From assembly GCA_951406725.2 (NCBI GenBank), contig OX597840.1, positions 3,720,001 through 3,784,000 of the forward strand: DNA of 64,000 bases, written 5' to 3'. This document shows positions 1 to 13,786 of the stretch, in pieces. A program made the translations under genes and the position numbers. The stretch comes from Octopus vulgaris (Eukaryota). The notes beneath the pieces were generated by a model. The model did no database searches and was not told where the DNA came from. It saw only the letters and a program-made list of their open reading frames with translations. How positions within the stretch are numbered: position 1 is the first letter of the stretch; each line of letters begins with the position of its first letter.

Positions 1-168
1 TACATATATATGTGTGTGTATGTGTGTGTGAGAAAGAGAGAGAGAGAGAAAGTGTGTGTGTGTTTGTGTGTGAGTCCGTTTATATAAAGATATATATATA
101 TATACATATACATATCTATTTTATGTACACCTTTTTATGTATTTGTATTAATATATATTCATATATAC

Positions 169-212
<44 letters not shown>

Positions 213-435
213 GTATATTATATATATACATATATACATATATAAGTATATATGCACGCATATATATATATATACATATATACATACATGTATTATTCAC
301 ATATATAATTTTATATACATACATATGCAATTATGTATATGTATGCAAATATATATGTATGTATGTATATATATGTATACATATGTATATATGTATATAT
401 ATGTATACATATGTATATATGTATATATATGTGTG

Positions 436-481
<46 letters not shown>

Positions 482-1726
482 TGTATGTATGTATGTACGT
501 ACGTATGTACGTATATGAGTGAGTGTGTGTGTGTGTGTGTATACATATATATGCATATATAAACGTAGGGAATCACCCCTCTCCCTCTCCTGGCCACACT
601 TCCCTTTCATCTCTGCCCATCTCTCGCCTATAAAATATAAACAAAATTTGAACGTAAGCAATATTATAGAGTGTGTAGTGGTGGTGGAGGGGGAGTGACG
701 TTGATAATAAAGGGAAGCAACCTTATCAAAGAGACCAAAACAACAACAACAACAACAACAGCAGCAGCAGCAGCAACAACAACAACAACAACAGCAATAA
801 GAAGGACGATGTAGTTGACCATGACAACGATCAGCCTTAAGAGAGCCAAGAACGATAACAACGACGACCACAACAACAAGATCAGCAACACGATAAGAAC
901 AGCGATTATACATACAGGAATAATGACAAGAACAGCATCAAAAAGCGACGAGAACAACAACAACAGAAACAGGTGGAAAGATCGATAAGAACAACATCGA
1001 TAAGAACAACAACAACAACAACAATAACGAAAGCAACAACAGTGACTTCGTGACTTCAATAAAACAAAGACAATGACACCAAGGGAGGTCTCTGTATTCG
1101 CCCTGTAGAAATAGCAGCTAAATCTCCTGGAAATTACTCACTTGCTTGAGAGTTGCTGGGCATGCTGGATAATATTTGTGTTCCTCTAAATGGGAAAAAA
1201 AAATTGACGGGAACGTCACCGTTGGATTGTGTAAAATCGTTGGATCATTCAGTCGAGACTCGCTGGCTCGGGGCTAAACAACAACTACTACTGCTGCTGC
1301 TGCTGCAGTTATTGCATGAACAATGATATAATAACACCGCGAAGAAGAGGAGGAGGAGGAGGAAGAAGAAGAAGAAGAAGAAGAAGAAGAACGATGAGGA
1401 AGAGGAGGGGAAGGATGAGGAATTCGATAACCACGACCACCACAACGAAAACGTAAAATACAGGAGTAACAAAACTCGAATTAGAAACCGCTCTCGTTCT
1501 CCCTCTTTCTTACTCTATCGCCTTATGAAAGAATGAAACATCGACCAGAAGGTCGTAGTTAGAACGCCGTCGGTGAGACGTATGTTGAAAGAGGGCTTCC
1601 CTGGCCCTTAACTACGACTATGACACCAACGCTAACAATACCAAGGAAACAATAACTACACTAGCAAATATGACAACAGCAACGTTAACGTCAACAACAA
1701 TAATTCCTTCTACGATTGGTACAAGT

Positions 1727-2030
1727 GGAGGCACATGGCGTAGTGGTTAGAGCAGCGGACTCGCGGTCGAGGGATCGCGGGTTCGAATCTCAGACCGGGC
1801 GATGTGTGTATTTATGAACGAAAACACCTAAGCTCCACGCGGCTCCGGCAGAAGGGAATGGCAAAACTTCTGCTGACTCTTTCGCCACAATTTTCTCTCA
1901 CTCTTTCCTCCTTCATCTTGCAGCTCATCTGCGACGGACCGGCGTCCTGTCCAGGTGGGGAACCTATACGCCAAGGAAACCGGGAAACCGGCCCTTATGA
2001 GCCAGGCGTGGCTCGAGAAGGAGCAAACAA
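1727..2030 (+). mobile_element. tRNA-derived SINE family A (tRNA-Arg-like head; octopus OR-type)
   Basis: A box TGGCGTAGTGG, TCG anticodon-like loop, B box GGTTCGAATCT; homologous heads at 8036-8292, 28805 and 48078; partial tandem copy at 2031-2130. Confidence 0.85.
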
Positions 2031-2604
2031 GGTCGAGGGATTGCGGGCTCGAATCTCAGACCGAGCGATGTGTGTGTTTATGAGCGAAACACCTAAGCTC
2101 CACACGGCTCCGGCAGAAGGTAATGGCGAATTACTACTACTATTACTTCTACTACTGCTGCTACTGCCACTACTTCTACTACAACTTCTACTACTACTAT
2201 TACTTCTACTAGTACAACTACTGCTTCTACTACTACTATTACTACTACTACTACTACTACTACTACTAGTAGTAGTAGTAGTAGTACCACAACTACAACA
2301 GCAACACAGATGACAGCACCACAACTGCTTCCAATACACCAATCAGCACATCAACAGCACCGCCAACAACATCCAATATCACCACAGAAATTCGAGCCAA
2401 CGAGGAATTATAAATATGGGCCAAATTGCCAAAAGTTGGCAAACCACGAAGAATTACTGCCAATCTGGCAAACAAATCTACTTTAAATTTAAAATAAGAC
2501 AATACAGAGTGTACCTGTCTAGTCTATCACTCTACATACTCTCCGTAAGATTTATCAGTGCATGTCAGAGCGTGGTGTATGGCTCGAAGCTAAGACGTGA
2601 TGCA

Positions 2605-3478
2605 ATATGTCCAGACTGTCCTACTGTAACCAATGCGACTCATCATATCAACCCACACCCTCCCTGTACTATTTACCGCGTCTTATCATAATATGTCCAG
2701 ACTGTCACATTTCCCCCTTTACGATTCATCATATGTCCAGATTGTGGCATTTCTCCCTATACTACTCATTACGTGTCTAGACAGTCACACAGCTATGGCT
2801 TATGACATATTCCTTATACAGTTCGAAACATGTCCAAAACGACACCCTTCTCTCAATGCTATACATCACATGTCCATACAGTCACACTACAACCTATGTT
2901 CAGACTGTCACAAAACCTCCGATATATGTAATCACATGTCAAGATTGTCACACAGCTCCCTATACAACTTATCCTATGTCCACACCGTCACACTCTTCTC
3001 TATGTTATTTATCAGATATCCACGGAGGCATACTGTAACTTATGGCTTATCATAAGTCCAGACTGTCTCAAAACTCCCTACACAACTCATCCCATGTCCA
3101 AACCGTCACGCTACTCCCTATATGACTCACCACATGTCAAAACTGTCTCACAACTATGGTTTATCAGACACCGTCAATGTTCCTTTTACAATTCATAGCA
3201 TGTCCAGATTATCACATCGATCCCTACATAACTCATCATAAGTCCAGACCGTCACACTGTTCTCTATGCTATTCATCAAATGTCCACTCTGTCACACTAC
3301 AACTTATGGTTGATCATGTCCAACCTGTCACATAGTTCCCCATACAGTTAATCACATGTCCAGATTGTCATACAGCTCCCTGTACAACACATCGTAAGTC
3401 CAGGCTGTCACACAGCTTTCGATGTGGTTCGGCACATGTCCACGCTGTCACACTACAGCTTATGTCTAGACTGTCACA
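2605..3478. repeat. Degenerate ~40-bp tandem repeat (consensus ~CATGTCCAGACTGTCACACAGCTCCCTATACAACTCATCA)
   Basis: ATGTCCAGACTGTCACA-like core recurs about 20 times, mostly 39-40 bp apart. Confidence 0.85.
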
Positions 3479-4059
3479 AGAAACAAAATCAAACGCAAAG
3501 GAGATATATGGGCCGCAACACATCATTCTGCAGATTAACTGCATGACAAAGGAATGTTCGATCACAGCAGACTCGGCACAACACAACAATAATAACAACA
3601 ACAGCAGCAACAATATCAACAACACGACACCCCCTTACCGTCGGCATTACCACCAACATTCACAGCTAAAGATATCCAATATCGCCGCCGTCGACATCAC
3701 CAACAATGTTTCGCTCACTACCTCCCTCTCTCTCTCTCTCCCTCGCTCTTGCTCTCCACCACCAAAGGGTACGGTGTAGAGGTCATAACACTGCCTTTGG
3801 TGTTTGTGACTCACGCCCCACGACTTAACACTATGACACAATGACGCACACCTAACACACATCAAACACTCATTAAACATGTGAGTGTGTGTGTATGCAT
3901 GTGTGTGTGTGTGTGTGTATGCGTGTGTGTGTATTCATGTGTGTGTCTGTGTGTTATGTGTACGTGTGTGTTTATACATGAAAATTTTTAGGAATGCATA
4001 TACCGATACATATAAATGATGTATAAGCATACATGCATTACATGCATAGGTACGAGTAC

Positions 4060-4129
<70 letters not shown>

Positions 4130-4132
4130 GTA

Positions 4133-4163
<31 letters not shown>

Positions 4164-4390
4164 GCATGTGTTGTATACACGAGCAAATGAGTCAATGCTT
4201 AAACTTGATTTATATTCGGAAACCTGACTGGTTTCTGCAACAAGTAAATATGTACAAGCTACGTGAGTGTGTCTTTGTGTATGTATATAACATTTATGTA
4301 TATATGTATAGGTTTGTGTATATATATGTTTGTGTGTGTAATGGTGCTTGTGGTAATACAAAAGGAAAAACAGAATGCAATGTATTAGTA

Positions 4391-4424
<34 letters not shown>

Positions 4425-4794
4425 GTTTTTAACTTGATAGAAGTTAAAAACGTGACTCGAACCCCGAGAGTTTCGTGTATGCTTTATTAAACATTTTGAT
4501 GAGTTCTATGCATGAAACCCCCAACCAGTGAGCCACTTAGTAACGTCTACCGATTGCGTATAGTTATATACTCTTTTACTCTTTTACTTGTTTCAGTCAT
4601 TTTGATTGCGGCCATGCTGGAGCACCGCCTTTAGTCGAGCAAATCGCCCCCAGGATTTATTCTTTGTAAGCCTAGTACTTATTCTATCGGTCTCTTTTGC
4701 CAAACCTCTAAGCTATGGGGACGTAAACACACCAACATCGGTTGTCAAGCGATGTTGGGCAGACACACACGCACAAACATACACACACACGCAC

Positions 4795-4838
<44 letters not shown>

Positions 4839-4843
<5 letters not shown>

Positions 4844-5052
4844 ATCCAAACATGAAAGCACAAAAGAAACACAACAACGCGAGGACGTGGAACAAATATA
4901 GTATTATTGGACGTTCAGTAAAGAACGAAAGAAGGAGGGTTTAACGTTTCGAGCGGAGCTCTTCGTCGGGAACATAGGAGAAGGAAAGATCCAGAGAAGG
5001 GAAGACAGAAGAAAAAAAATCGCCAACGGTACACACGCGGTCACATTTTGAA
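4839..5052 (-). mobile_element. (TA)n-flanked short HHR-bearing element, family H1 (Penelope pLTR/retrozyme-like)
   Basis: Near-identical to 26579-26786 and related to 40595-40771; TA repeats on both sides. Confidence 0.75.
4939..4973 (-). ncRNA. Minimal hammerhead ribozyme-like motif (U4C core variant)
   Basis: Minus strand GUUC CCGACGA A GAGC-UCC-GCUC GAA ACGU U AAAC. Confidence 0.65.
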
Positions 5053-5922
5053 CATATATATATACGACGAGCTTCTTTCAGTTTCCGTCTACCAAATCCA
5101 CTCTCAAGGCTTTGGTCGGCCCGACGCTTGCCCAAGAAAAAGAAACACACTATCCCATCCAAAAATACATAAAAGTTATTATTTATTTTTTTTTCATTAA
5201 AGAATATCAACAAGATTATGGTTGGGGCGATAACAGTGTATTCGAAGTAGCTACTCATACATATATATGTGTGTGTATGTGTGTATTCATGTGTGTGTGT
5301 ATCTGTATCTGAGTGTGGTGTGTGTGTGCGTGTGAGTATGTCTTTGTGTGTGTGCGCGTGAGCGGGTGGGTGCGTGTGTGTGTGTGAATACGGGTGTGTA
5401 AACGTATACAGAATTAAGTATACATAACATTCTTCCGGACTGTTTCCGTGTACGAAGTTCTGATCGAACAATAATGTTCTACCCGAAGCTGTCGTGGAAA
5501 ACATCTGCTGTTACAAGAGAAACATGAATCCAGGGGATGAGAAACACACACATACACACACAAACACATGAGGATGTTTCTTTGCAAATTTAATACAAAT
5601 GATAAACTGTAATGAAAAACTCAATATTTCTTAACAAGAACAAATAAAAATTTATGCGTGTTTGTGTGTATATAATATTTATAGAGGATACATAATGATT
5701 TTCGAGAAATTAACTCGAGGAAACCTCTTTTCCGGTGTAAGCAAATTATGTGTGCATGTATATATATAATCAAAATAAGCAACAGGGATGTCCAGAGGTA
5801 ATGCAGTACGATCGTTTCATGCAACTCCATTTAATTGAACAATGGAATCATTACCCCAATTTAAAATGCAGAGCAATCCTCAGCTTCACAAAACTATGGA
5901 ATTTAATTAAATTAGAACAGAT

Positions 5923-5965
<43 letters not shown>

Positions 5966-6161
5966 CGATTAAGAAAACATAAGATGGATTTGGTATTAGT
6001 TTTTATTCCGTACGACGATCGTTTCAAACCATCCTGCGAATGTCCGTTATGGGTGGGATTTTGTGTACCCTACTGTGTTGTACTAATTTTGCAATGCATG
6101 CATCAGGTGCATGCATATTAATTGACATATGCACATTAGCATAAAAATTACATGTATATAT

Positions 6162-6501
6162 CTCAGACCTCCTTCGGTCACGACACTGACTATGGGATTG
6201 CACCTAGAAAGTTACCCTCCCAGACACAAGTCCGGGCAAGGTTCTTTATAGAAGACCAGCAGTCGTCCATGTATACTGGCCTCCTCTTTCCAAGCCAACA
6301 GTATTATCGAAGGGAAAGGCAAAGGGGCCGATACAGCTTGGCACCGGTGATGTTGCAACTCATTTCTACAGCTGAGTGAACTGGAGCAACGTGAAATAAA
6401 GTGTCTTGCTCAAGAACACAACACGCAGCCAGGTCCGGAATTCGAGCTCACAACCTCACGATCGTAAGCTCGACGCTCTAACCACTGAGCCATGCGCCTT
6501 C
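6162..6501 (-). mobile_element. tRNA-derived CORE-type SINE family B
   Basis: Head GAAGGCGCATGGCTCAGTGGTTAGAGCG; CORE-like GTGTTCTTGAGCAAGACACTTTATTTCAC..CAGCTGTAGAAATG; several copies in window. Confidence 0.85.
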
Positions 6502-6517
6502 ACATACGCACGCACAT

Positions 6518-6552
<35 letters not shown>

Positions 6553-6577
6553 CATAGAGAGAGAGAGAGAGAGAGAG

Positions 6578-6626
<49 letters not shown>

Positions 6627-7031
6627 TATTTATATATGTGTATGTGTTTGCTTTTATGTTCAGTTACATAAACAATTTCACATTAAACTCAAGGGCCATT
6701 ATATACTTTTGTCAAGTACAAACTTATTATTCTTAAACAAGAATATTGTTGACAGTGACTTCGAAATGTTGATCAGCTAAGCGATCGTCAGACTGCTATG
6801 CATTGAAGTTCGTGGGCTTTGAGTGGTGTAGAAATTAGATTATAGGGTAGATTGTGGGAGAAGGGTGTTTGGAGAAAATTTTGGTGATTCAATTTAGGAT
6901 CATGTTATTGGTTAGAATTTATTCATGCATCAAGAATTTTGTAAGTATGTGTGAACATTTAGGTGTGTCAGCTTTAGGCCATAGAACAGTGTTATCATGG
7001 TTCACAAAAATGAAGTAAATACAGAGGTATA

Positions 7032-7094
<63 letters not shown>

Positions 7095-7491
7095 TCTGTG
7101 TGTGTGTGTGTTCATGTGGTTCTAAGTTATCCTTCGTTGAAATCATAGCTCTTGTAGTGTTAAAGCTATTTAGGAGTTCTAGGTTTCTAGGTTGCATACA
7201 CATACCATAAATTGATATAGTGAAACGCGTTTATAAGAATTCTGGGAATGGTAATATCTGTTTAGTGGTTTCTAGTTTATGGAGGTTCATTTACATACAC
7301 TCACATTAATACTTTCAAAAATACTCAAAGGAATTCGCTACTTATAAAGAAACATCTTTGCTCTAATTTCGAACCTAAACGCAACATAGATTGACTTGAT
7401 TCTATCGTTGTAAACTTATGTAAATCATTTTTTATTTATTGTATTGAATGTCCATCGTTTTGACATATTATTCTTCCGTGCACACACGCGC

Positions 7492-7534
<43 letters not shown>

Positions 7535-7537
7535 AAC

Positions 7538-7923
7538 AGTGTAGATTTAAACACAAGAGAAATTACCTTTAACAGGTAATTTTACACTAGAAGAAGCAGT
7601 CAAAACGACCGAAACCACATTTGAGAGCAATTTCGAAGGAAATGGAAAATAAAAACTTTTACCTTGTTATATTTTTACGGTTATACCTAGGTTTCAAATT
7701 TTTTTAGCAAATAAAATAATTAACCAGGCGAAATTCTCATCAGTAACCGCGGCATAACACTAACATATAATTTAGAGACAAATAACATGTGTCTCATCAT
7801 TATATGTTATAATTTTTCAAATTCAAATTGCGCTTAAATGTGGTTTCGGTCGTTTAGACTGCTTCTTCTGGCGTGTAAAATTACCTGTTAAAGGTACTTT
7901 CTCTTGTGTTTAAATGTACGCTA
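7538..7923. repeat. Inverted repeat (~96-bp arms, 7538-7633 and 7825-7923), each arm with a degenerate HHR-like motif, between (TA)n tracts
   Basis: Arms are reverse complements with few mismatches; each contains AGAAGAAGCAGTC..GACCGAAAC. Confidence 0.8.
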
Positions 7924-7984
7924 TTTTATATTGAGCATATTTTGTCTATTGACCTTTTATATATGCTAGGCCACTGGTAGTGAA

Positions 7985-8024
<40 letters not shown>

Positions 8025-8035
8025 ACGATAAAAAC

Positions 8036-8292
8036 GTCGCCCTTTTCAAGGCTAGCCAGACTCATGGGCCTGGTTTCCTGGTTTCTGTGGCGTATGTGTT
8101 CCCCCAGCTAGACAGGACGCCAGTCCATCGCAGAGAAATTTGTGGCGAAAGAGTACAACAGGGGTCACCACTACTCCCTGCCGGAGCCTCGTGGAGCTTT
8201 TAGGTATTTTCGCTCAATAAGCACACACATCGCCCGGTCTGGGAATCGAAACCGCGAGTCCGCTGCCCTAACCACTGGGCCATTGCGCCTCC
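8036..8292 (-). mobile_element. SINE family A
   Basis: Reverse complement begins GGAGGCGCAATGGCCCAGTGGTTAGGGCAGCGGACTCGCGG. Confidence 0.85.
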
Positions 8293-8452
8293 ATATCTAT
8301 ATATGAAGAAACTACACCGGTATTATAGCAAAGTTGCAAAATGCAACAGATACAAACCGAGGTAGTGGAAACATATGTAGGTCAATATTAAACTGTATTT
8401 AAATCAAAATGTAAATTAGAAATGCTACTTCATCTTACTCCATAATATTATC

Positions 8453-8549
<97 letters not shown>

Positions 8550-9329
8550 GTGTGTGTTGGTCTTAATTCTACAATTTAATTTTATTAGCATGCTGAAAGC
8601 TTTCGCCGTTTTCACTGCCACATAACACGCTATTTAACCGATTGAGTACATATCAACTTGTTTCAGTAATTTGCTCCCATTCAGTCGGTTTTGTATTCTA
8701 TCCCCCGTGACCGACTGCTATGTATTCACAGAATAGCACGAAATACGGTCTTTTCTACAACGTCACATGATTCGAATGGTCACAAGGACTAATGTTTATC
8801 GTGAAAGAGATAGTGAGGAAAGAGATCCTATAATTTATTTTTGTAGTGTATCCGAAACTTGTTCAATTCTTTATTATTTCATCACCTTAGGCATATGTCA
8901 TAGCTCCGGAGTACTTTATAATTAGATATGATTAGCCGTTGAGCACTTTCACCTAGGCAATTAAAATAGACCATTTTGACGATTTGTGATTTACCCTTTT
9001 GCGTTTTTGATACTTATATGTGTGTGTGTATGCATTTATATGTACATATATATATATGTGTGTGTGTGTGTATGTATATATGTATATTTCTTTATATGTG
9101 TGTGTATATATATATATATATATATACACTCAAATACATATATATATATATATATATATGTACATATAAAAAAACAAACATATCTATATACAGAAATACA
9201 TAGACAGGCAGGCTGATAGACAGACAGACCGATAGACAGACAGATAGATAAATATATAGATAGATACATACATACATACATACATACATACATAAATAGA
9301 AAGACAGACAGATAGATAGATAGATAGAC

Positions 9330-9450
<121 letters not shown>

Positions 9451-9943
9451 TGAATATATTAGTAAAGGCTGTCAGAAACAGCGTATTATTCTTACTGCCA
9501 GATAAATCTAAAGGGAAACGTCTCTTGAATATTTATTGCTTTGAGTCAACAAACGAACTTTCTAATTATGTATTGGTGTTTCGCCGGAGCTGTATATTCT
9601 ATACTTACATATATATATACATAAATACATATACATATTCATACATAAACACACACATATATATACGTATCCATAAATATACATATATGTAACTGTGCGT
9701 ATATACATATATATATATACACACATATATACATGTATATAAGTGCATACGATCATATAGAGGTTATGTTATTCATTTGCGTGTTACTGTCATTGGACTG
9801 CGGCCATGCTGTAGCACCGCCTTGAAGGTTTAAAGTCGAAGAAATTCGCCCTATTACTTTTGAACATTTTTACCCCTGCTATTAACTCTATCGGTTTCTC
9901 TGACCGAACCGCTAGCTTATATGCGCGCGTGTGTATATACATA

Positions 9944-9993
<50 letters not shown>

Positions 9994-10700
9994 CCACACA
10001 TATATATGCATACATATATAAGTATTTTTGTATGTATGCACATATATGTGTGTGTGTGCAAGTAGGATGGAGAGGTTCTGTGAGACGTTGTACAAACCTT
10101 ATTGCACCTCAAACGTTAGATTGTGCAATCGCCGGCGAGATAACTATCCGCTGCCCGCACGAATAGGAGTACATGGCAGCGAGCATAGTAACCGCGGGTG
10201 CAATAACCTCTTGCACGAACATTGCTGACATTTTGCATGGTCCATAGTTAGTGATGGTCTTTCTGGGTCACGGATAGACAGTCTGATGTCGATCCATAGG
10301 TCTGTCTGTCTATAGGCATGAATATCATTTTTTTAAATTTTCATCTAGTTTCAGCTCACGAGCTGTGGCCATGCTGGGGCACCGCCATTATTCAGTTTTT
10401 TTCCCAAAATTCTTTGCCAATAGAGAAAGAGCCAGTTTATAATCCAGACCAAAGGTTTCTTCATTGGAATTTCAACATCAACAGGGTGTTTTTGTATGTA
10501 TGCATGTATGTATGAATGGATGGATGGATGGATTAATGGATGGATGGATTGATGGATGGATGGATTGATGGATGGATGGATTAATGGATGGATGGATTGA
10601 TGGATGGATGGATTGATGGATGGATCTGTGCAGATATATATGTTTTGTTTCATGTATGTATTCTCATGCATATAGTTTCATATCTAGACATGCTCATATA

Positions 10701-11103
10701 TACTCTTTTACCTGTTTCAGTCATGTGACTGTGGCCATGCTAGAGCACCGCCTTTAGTCGAGCAAATCGACCCCAGGACTTATTCTTTGTAAGCCTAGTA
10801 CTTATTTTATCGGTTACTTTTGCCGAACTGCTAAGTTACGGGGACGTAAACACACCAATATCGGTTGTCAAGCGATGTTGGGGGGGACACAGACACACAA
10901 ACATATACACACATACATATATATATATATACATATATACGACGGGTTTCTTTCAATTTCCGTCTACCAAATCTACTCACAAGGATTTGGTCGGCCCGAG
11001 GCTATAGTAGAAGACACTCGCCCAAGGTACCACGCAGTGGGACTGAACAAGGAACCATGTAGTTCGTAAGCAAGCTACTTACCACACAGCCACTCCTACA
11101 CCT
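10701..11103 (-). mobile_element. SINE family C, full length
   Basis: tRNA-like head, internal TA/TG microsatellite, GTAAAAGAGTA tail. Confidence 0.85.
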
Positions 11104-11105
11104 GT

Positions 11106-11423
11106 CTAAATGATAAACTTTTGAAAAGTTTTACAGATTTAAGCATTTCCAATGATAGCTTGAATCTGTAGTTTTCGACTCAGCTTTCTCCTTTCTGATT
11201 TTGAAAAGCCTATTTTCTCAAGACTGGTATTTACACATGCCAGATCCCCAATAATTACAGGTACACATCTAAACTTGTAATCTGGTTAGAGTAACTACAA
11301 ATTTCTCAATAGTTTAGCATAGGTATTTTCTCTTTTGCTGATCTTCAGCTTTACGTTAACATCCGCTGGACAGCTAATTTCCATAACAGTAAACAGTTTC
11401 TCTTCTCTATCCCAAATCATTAT
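11106..11423 (-). pseudogene. Non-LTR retrotransposon restriction-like endonuclease C-terminal fragment (R4/Dong-like)
   Basis: Manual translation IMIWDREEKLFTVMEISCPADVNVKLKISKRENTYAKLLRNL*LL*PDYKFRCVPVIIG... fits the RLE E..K..Y pattern; three internal stops. Confidence 0.7.
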
Positions 11424-11730
11424 GTATGCATTCATGTATGTATATATTTACACGCTTGTTTATAGTCAGACAATTGGAAAATAAATTTCTTTCGTGATTG
11501 TCAGACGATTTGTATGCTCGCCATGCTGTCTGTATAGGGTGCATCAACATGTTACATCTATTGTGTATCGTCTGCTGTTGTTGAATACCGAAGCAAATAT
11601 ATCAGATGAAATAATGGCTACCGAGTCAAACGCTGTGTTCTTTTTCTCTTGTTATTGCTTGGCTCGTCTTGTTGCATCGACTGCAGAGTTCAACGCGATA
11701 AACATTAGACGTGCGTCGAGCGTATCCAAG

Positions 11731-11770
<40 letters not shown>

Positions 11771-11796
11771 TGCGCGCCTGTGTGCATATTTATGTA

Positions 11797-12197
11797 TACT
11801 CTTTTACTGTTTTACTTGTTTCAGGCATTCGACTGCGGCCATTCTGGAGCACCGCCTTTAGTCGAATCAAATCGATCCCCCAAGACTTATTCTGAAAAAA
11901 GTAAAAGAATATAAGAATATATATATATGTCTGTCTGTGTGTCTGTGTATACCGCTAAGTTACGGTGACGTATACACAGCAGCATCGGTTGTCAAACGAA
12001 GTGTTTAATCCCATCACCACCATCGCTTGACAACCGATGTTGGTGTGTTTACGTCCCCGTAACTTAGCGGTTCAGCAAGAATATCGATAGAATAAGTACT
12101 AGGCTTACTAAGAAAAAGTCCTGGTGTCTATTTGTTCGATTAAAGGTGGTGCTCCAGCACGGCCGCAATCATATGATTGAACCAAGTAAAAGAATAA
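11797..12197. mobile_element. Two oppositely oriented 3' fragments of SINE family C
   Basis: Tail on minus strand at 11797-11892; 3' half on plus strand at ~12015-12197. Confidence 0.7.
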
Positions 12198-12319
12198 AAT
12201 AATTAAAAAATACTACCACCACCACCACCACTATGTCTGTCTGTGTGTCTGTGTATATATATTTATGTGTGAGTGTCTTTGTGCCTGTGTGTTTCTCCTA
12301 CTCCCCTACTCACCGACAA

Positions 12320-12622
12320 CTTTACTACTACTACTACTAGTAAAACTACTGCAACTACTTTCTCTACTAATACTACTATCACTAATACTATTCCTACTAC
12401 TACAACAACTATACTACTACTACCAGTAAAACTACTGCAACTCTACTTTCTCTACTACTACTACTACTACTACTATCACTAATACTATTCCTACTACGAC
12501 GACCACTTTACTACCACTACTACTACTACTAGTAAAACTACTGCAAAGCTACTTTCTCTACTACTACTAGTAAAACTACTACTACTACTACTACTACTAT
12601 CACTAATACTATTCCTACTACC

Positions 12623-12653
<31 letters not shown>

Positions 12654-12735
12654 TCACTAATACTATTCCTACTACGACGACCACTTTACAACCACTACTA
12701 CTACTACTAGTAAAACTACTGCAAAGCTACTTTCT

Positions 12736-12766
<31 letters not shown>

Positions 12767-12887
12767 CACAACTACTATTACTTACTACTACTACTACTAC
12801 TACTATCACTAATACTATTCCAACTACTACGACAACTTTACTACCACTACTACTACTACTAGTAAAACTACTGCAACTCTACTTTCT

Positions 12888-12945
<58 letters not shown>
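12320..12945. repeat. (CTA)n-derived compound minisatellite
   Basis: Repeated CTAGTAAAACTACTGCAA and TATCACTAATACTATTCC blocks within CTA runs. Confidence 0.85.
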
Positions 12946-13740
12946 AAACACTTAATAACAATCAGAAACAATAATAAGGACAATATAAGGCCATAATAGA
13001 CATGTTGGGCTTATCAATAAATAAACAGAAAGATAATAGATAGACACATAATGAGTGGGATATCGATTAGGTTGGAAATGGGTGGATGTGATTCATCACT
13101 TTGATTTTCATGCCGTCATCAATAATATATTATATATTACATGTACATGTGTGTATATTATATGTGTTTGTATATGTATATATGTATATATATATATTTG
13201 CATGTATGGATATGTTTTATGAGAGCATGTGTGCTTACGCTAAAGTGCGTGCTACACACAATTCCACACGCGTATATACATGCATATATACATGCATGTG
13301 TATGTATGTATATATATATAAATATATATATATATATACACGCACATGCACTTGCATGCATGCATAAATACGGATACAATTTCACTGAGAAACAGGACAT
13401 GAAAAACCTCTTTTTATAGGTGCTTAAATTCTAAAACGGATAAGTCTTAAATAATACACATATACACGCATGCATACACACCATAGATGCGTAAATATAT
13501 ATGTGTGTATATCTACATATATATGTACACATACACACACATATATATATATATATACATACATATGCACACATATATAACCCTTTTTTCTGTCGAGGGA
13601 TTATATGCGCCGTTATTAGACTATTCTTCTTAGTCATTGCACAGTGATCGCTATAAGCTTTAGGCTCATATAAAAATACCATTATTATTATTTACAGGAT
13701 TGTAAAATACGGCTCCGTATAAGAAAACCATTCGCACCAA

Positions 13741-13786
<46 letters not shown>

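Larger units (their letters stand above)
4571..5131 (-). mobile_element. SINE family C, 5'-truncated, with a nested HHR element in its internal microsatellite
   Basis: Matches the copy at 29143-29562; interrupted by 4839-5052. Confidence 0.85.

Noticed and set aside
1727-1800. tRNA-Arg gene (likewise the heads at 28805 and 49048)
   Set aside because: Continues into a SINE body and recurs as a dispersed repeat; acceptor stem not intact
2605-3478. CRISPR-like repeat/spacer appearance
   Set aside because: The variable halves are homologous to each other, repeats are degenerate, no cas genes, eukaryotic context
10090-10215. TTATTGCACC/GGTGCAATAA inverted repeat as a MITE
   Set aside because: Only 10 bp, no TSD and no second copy in the window
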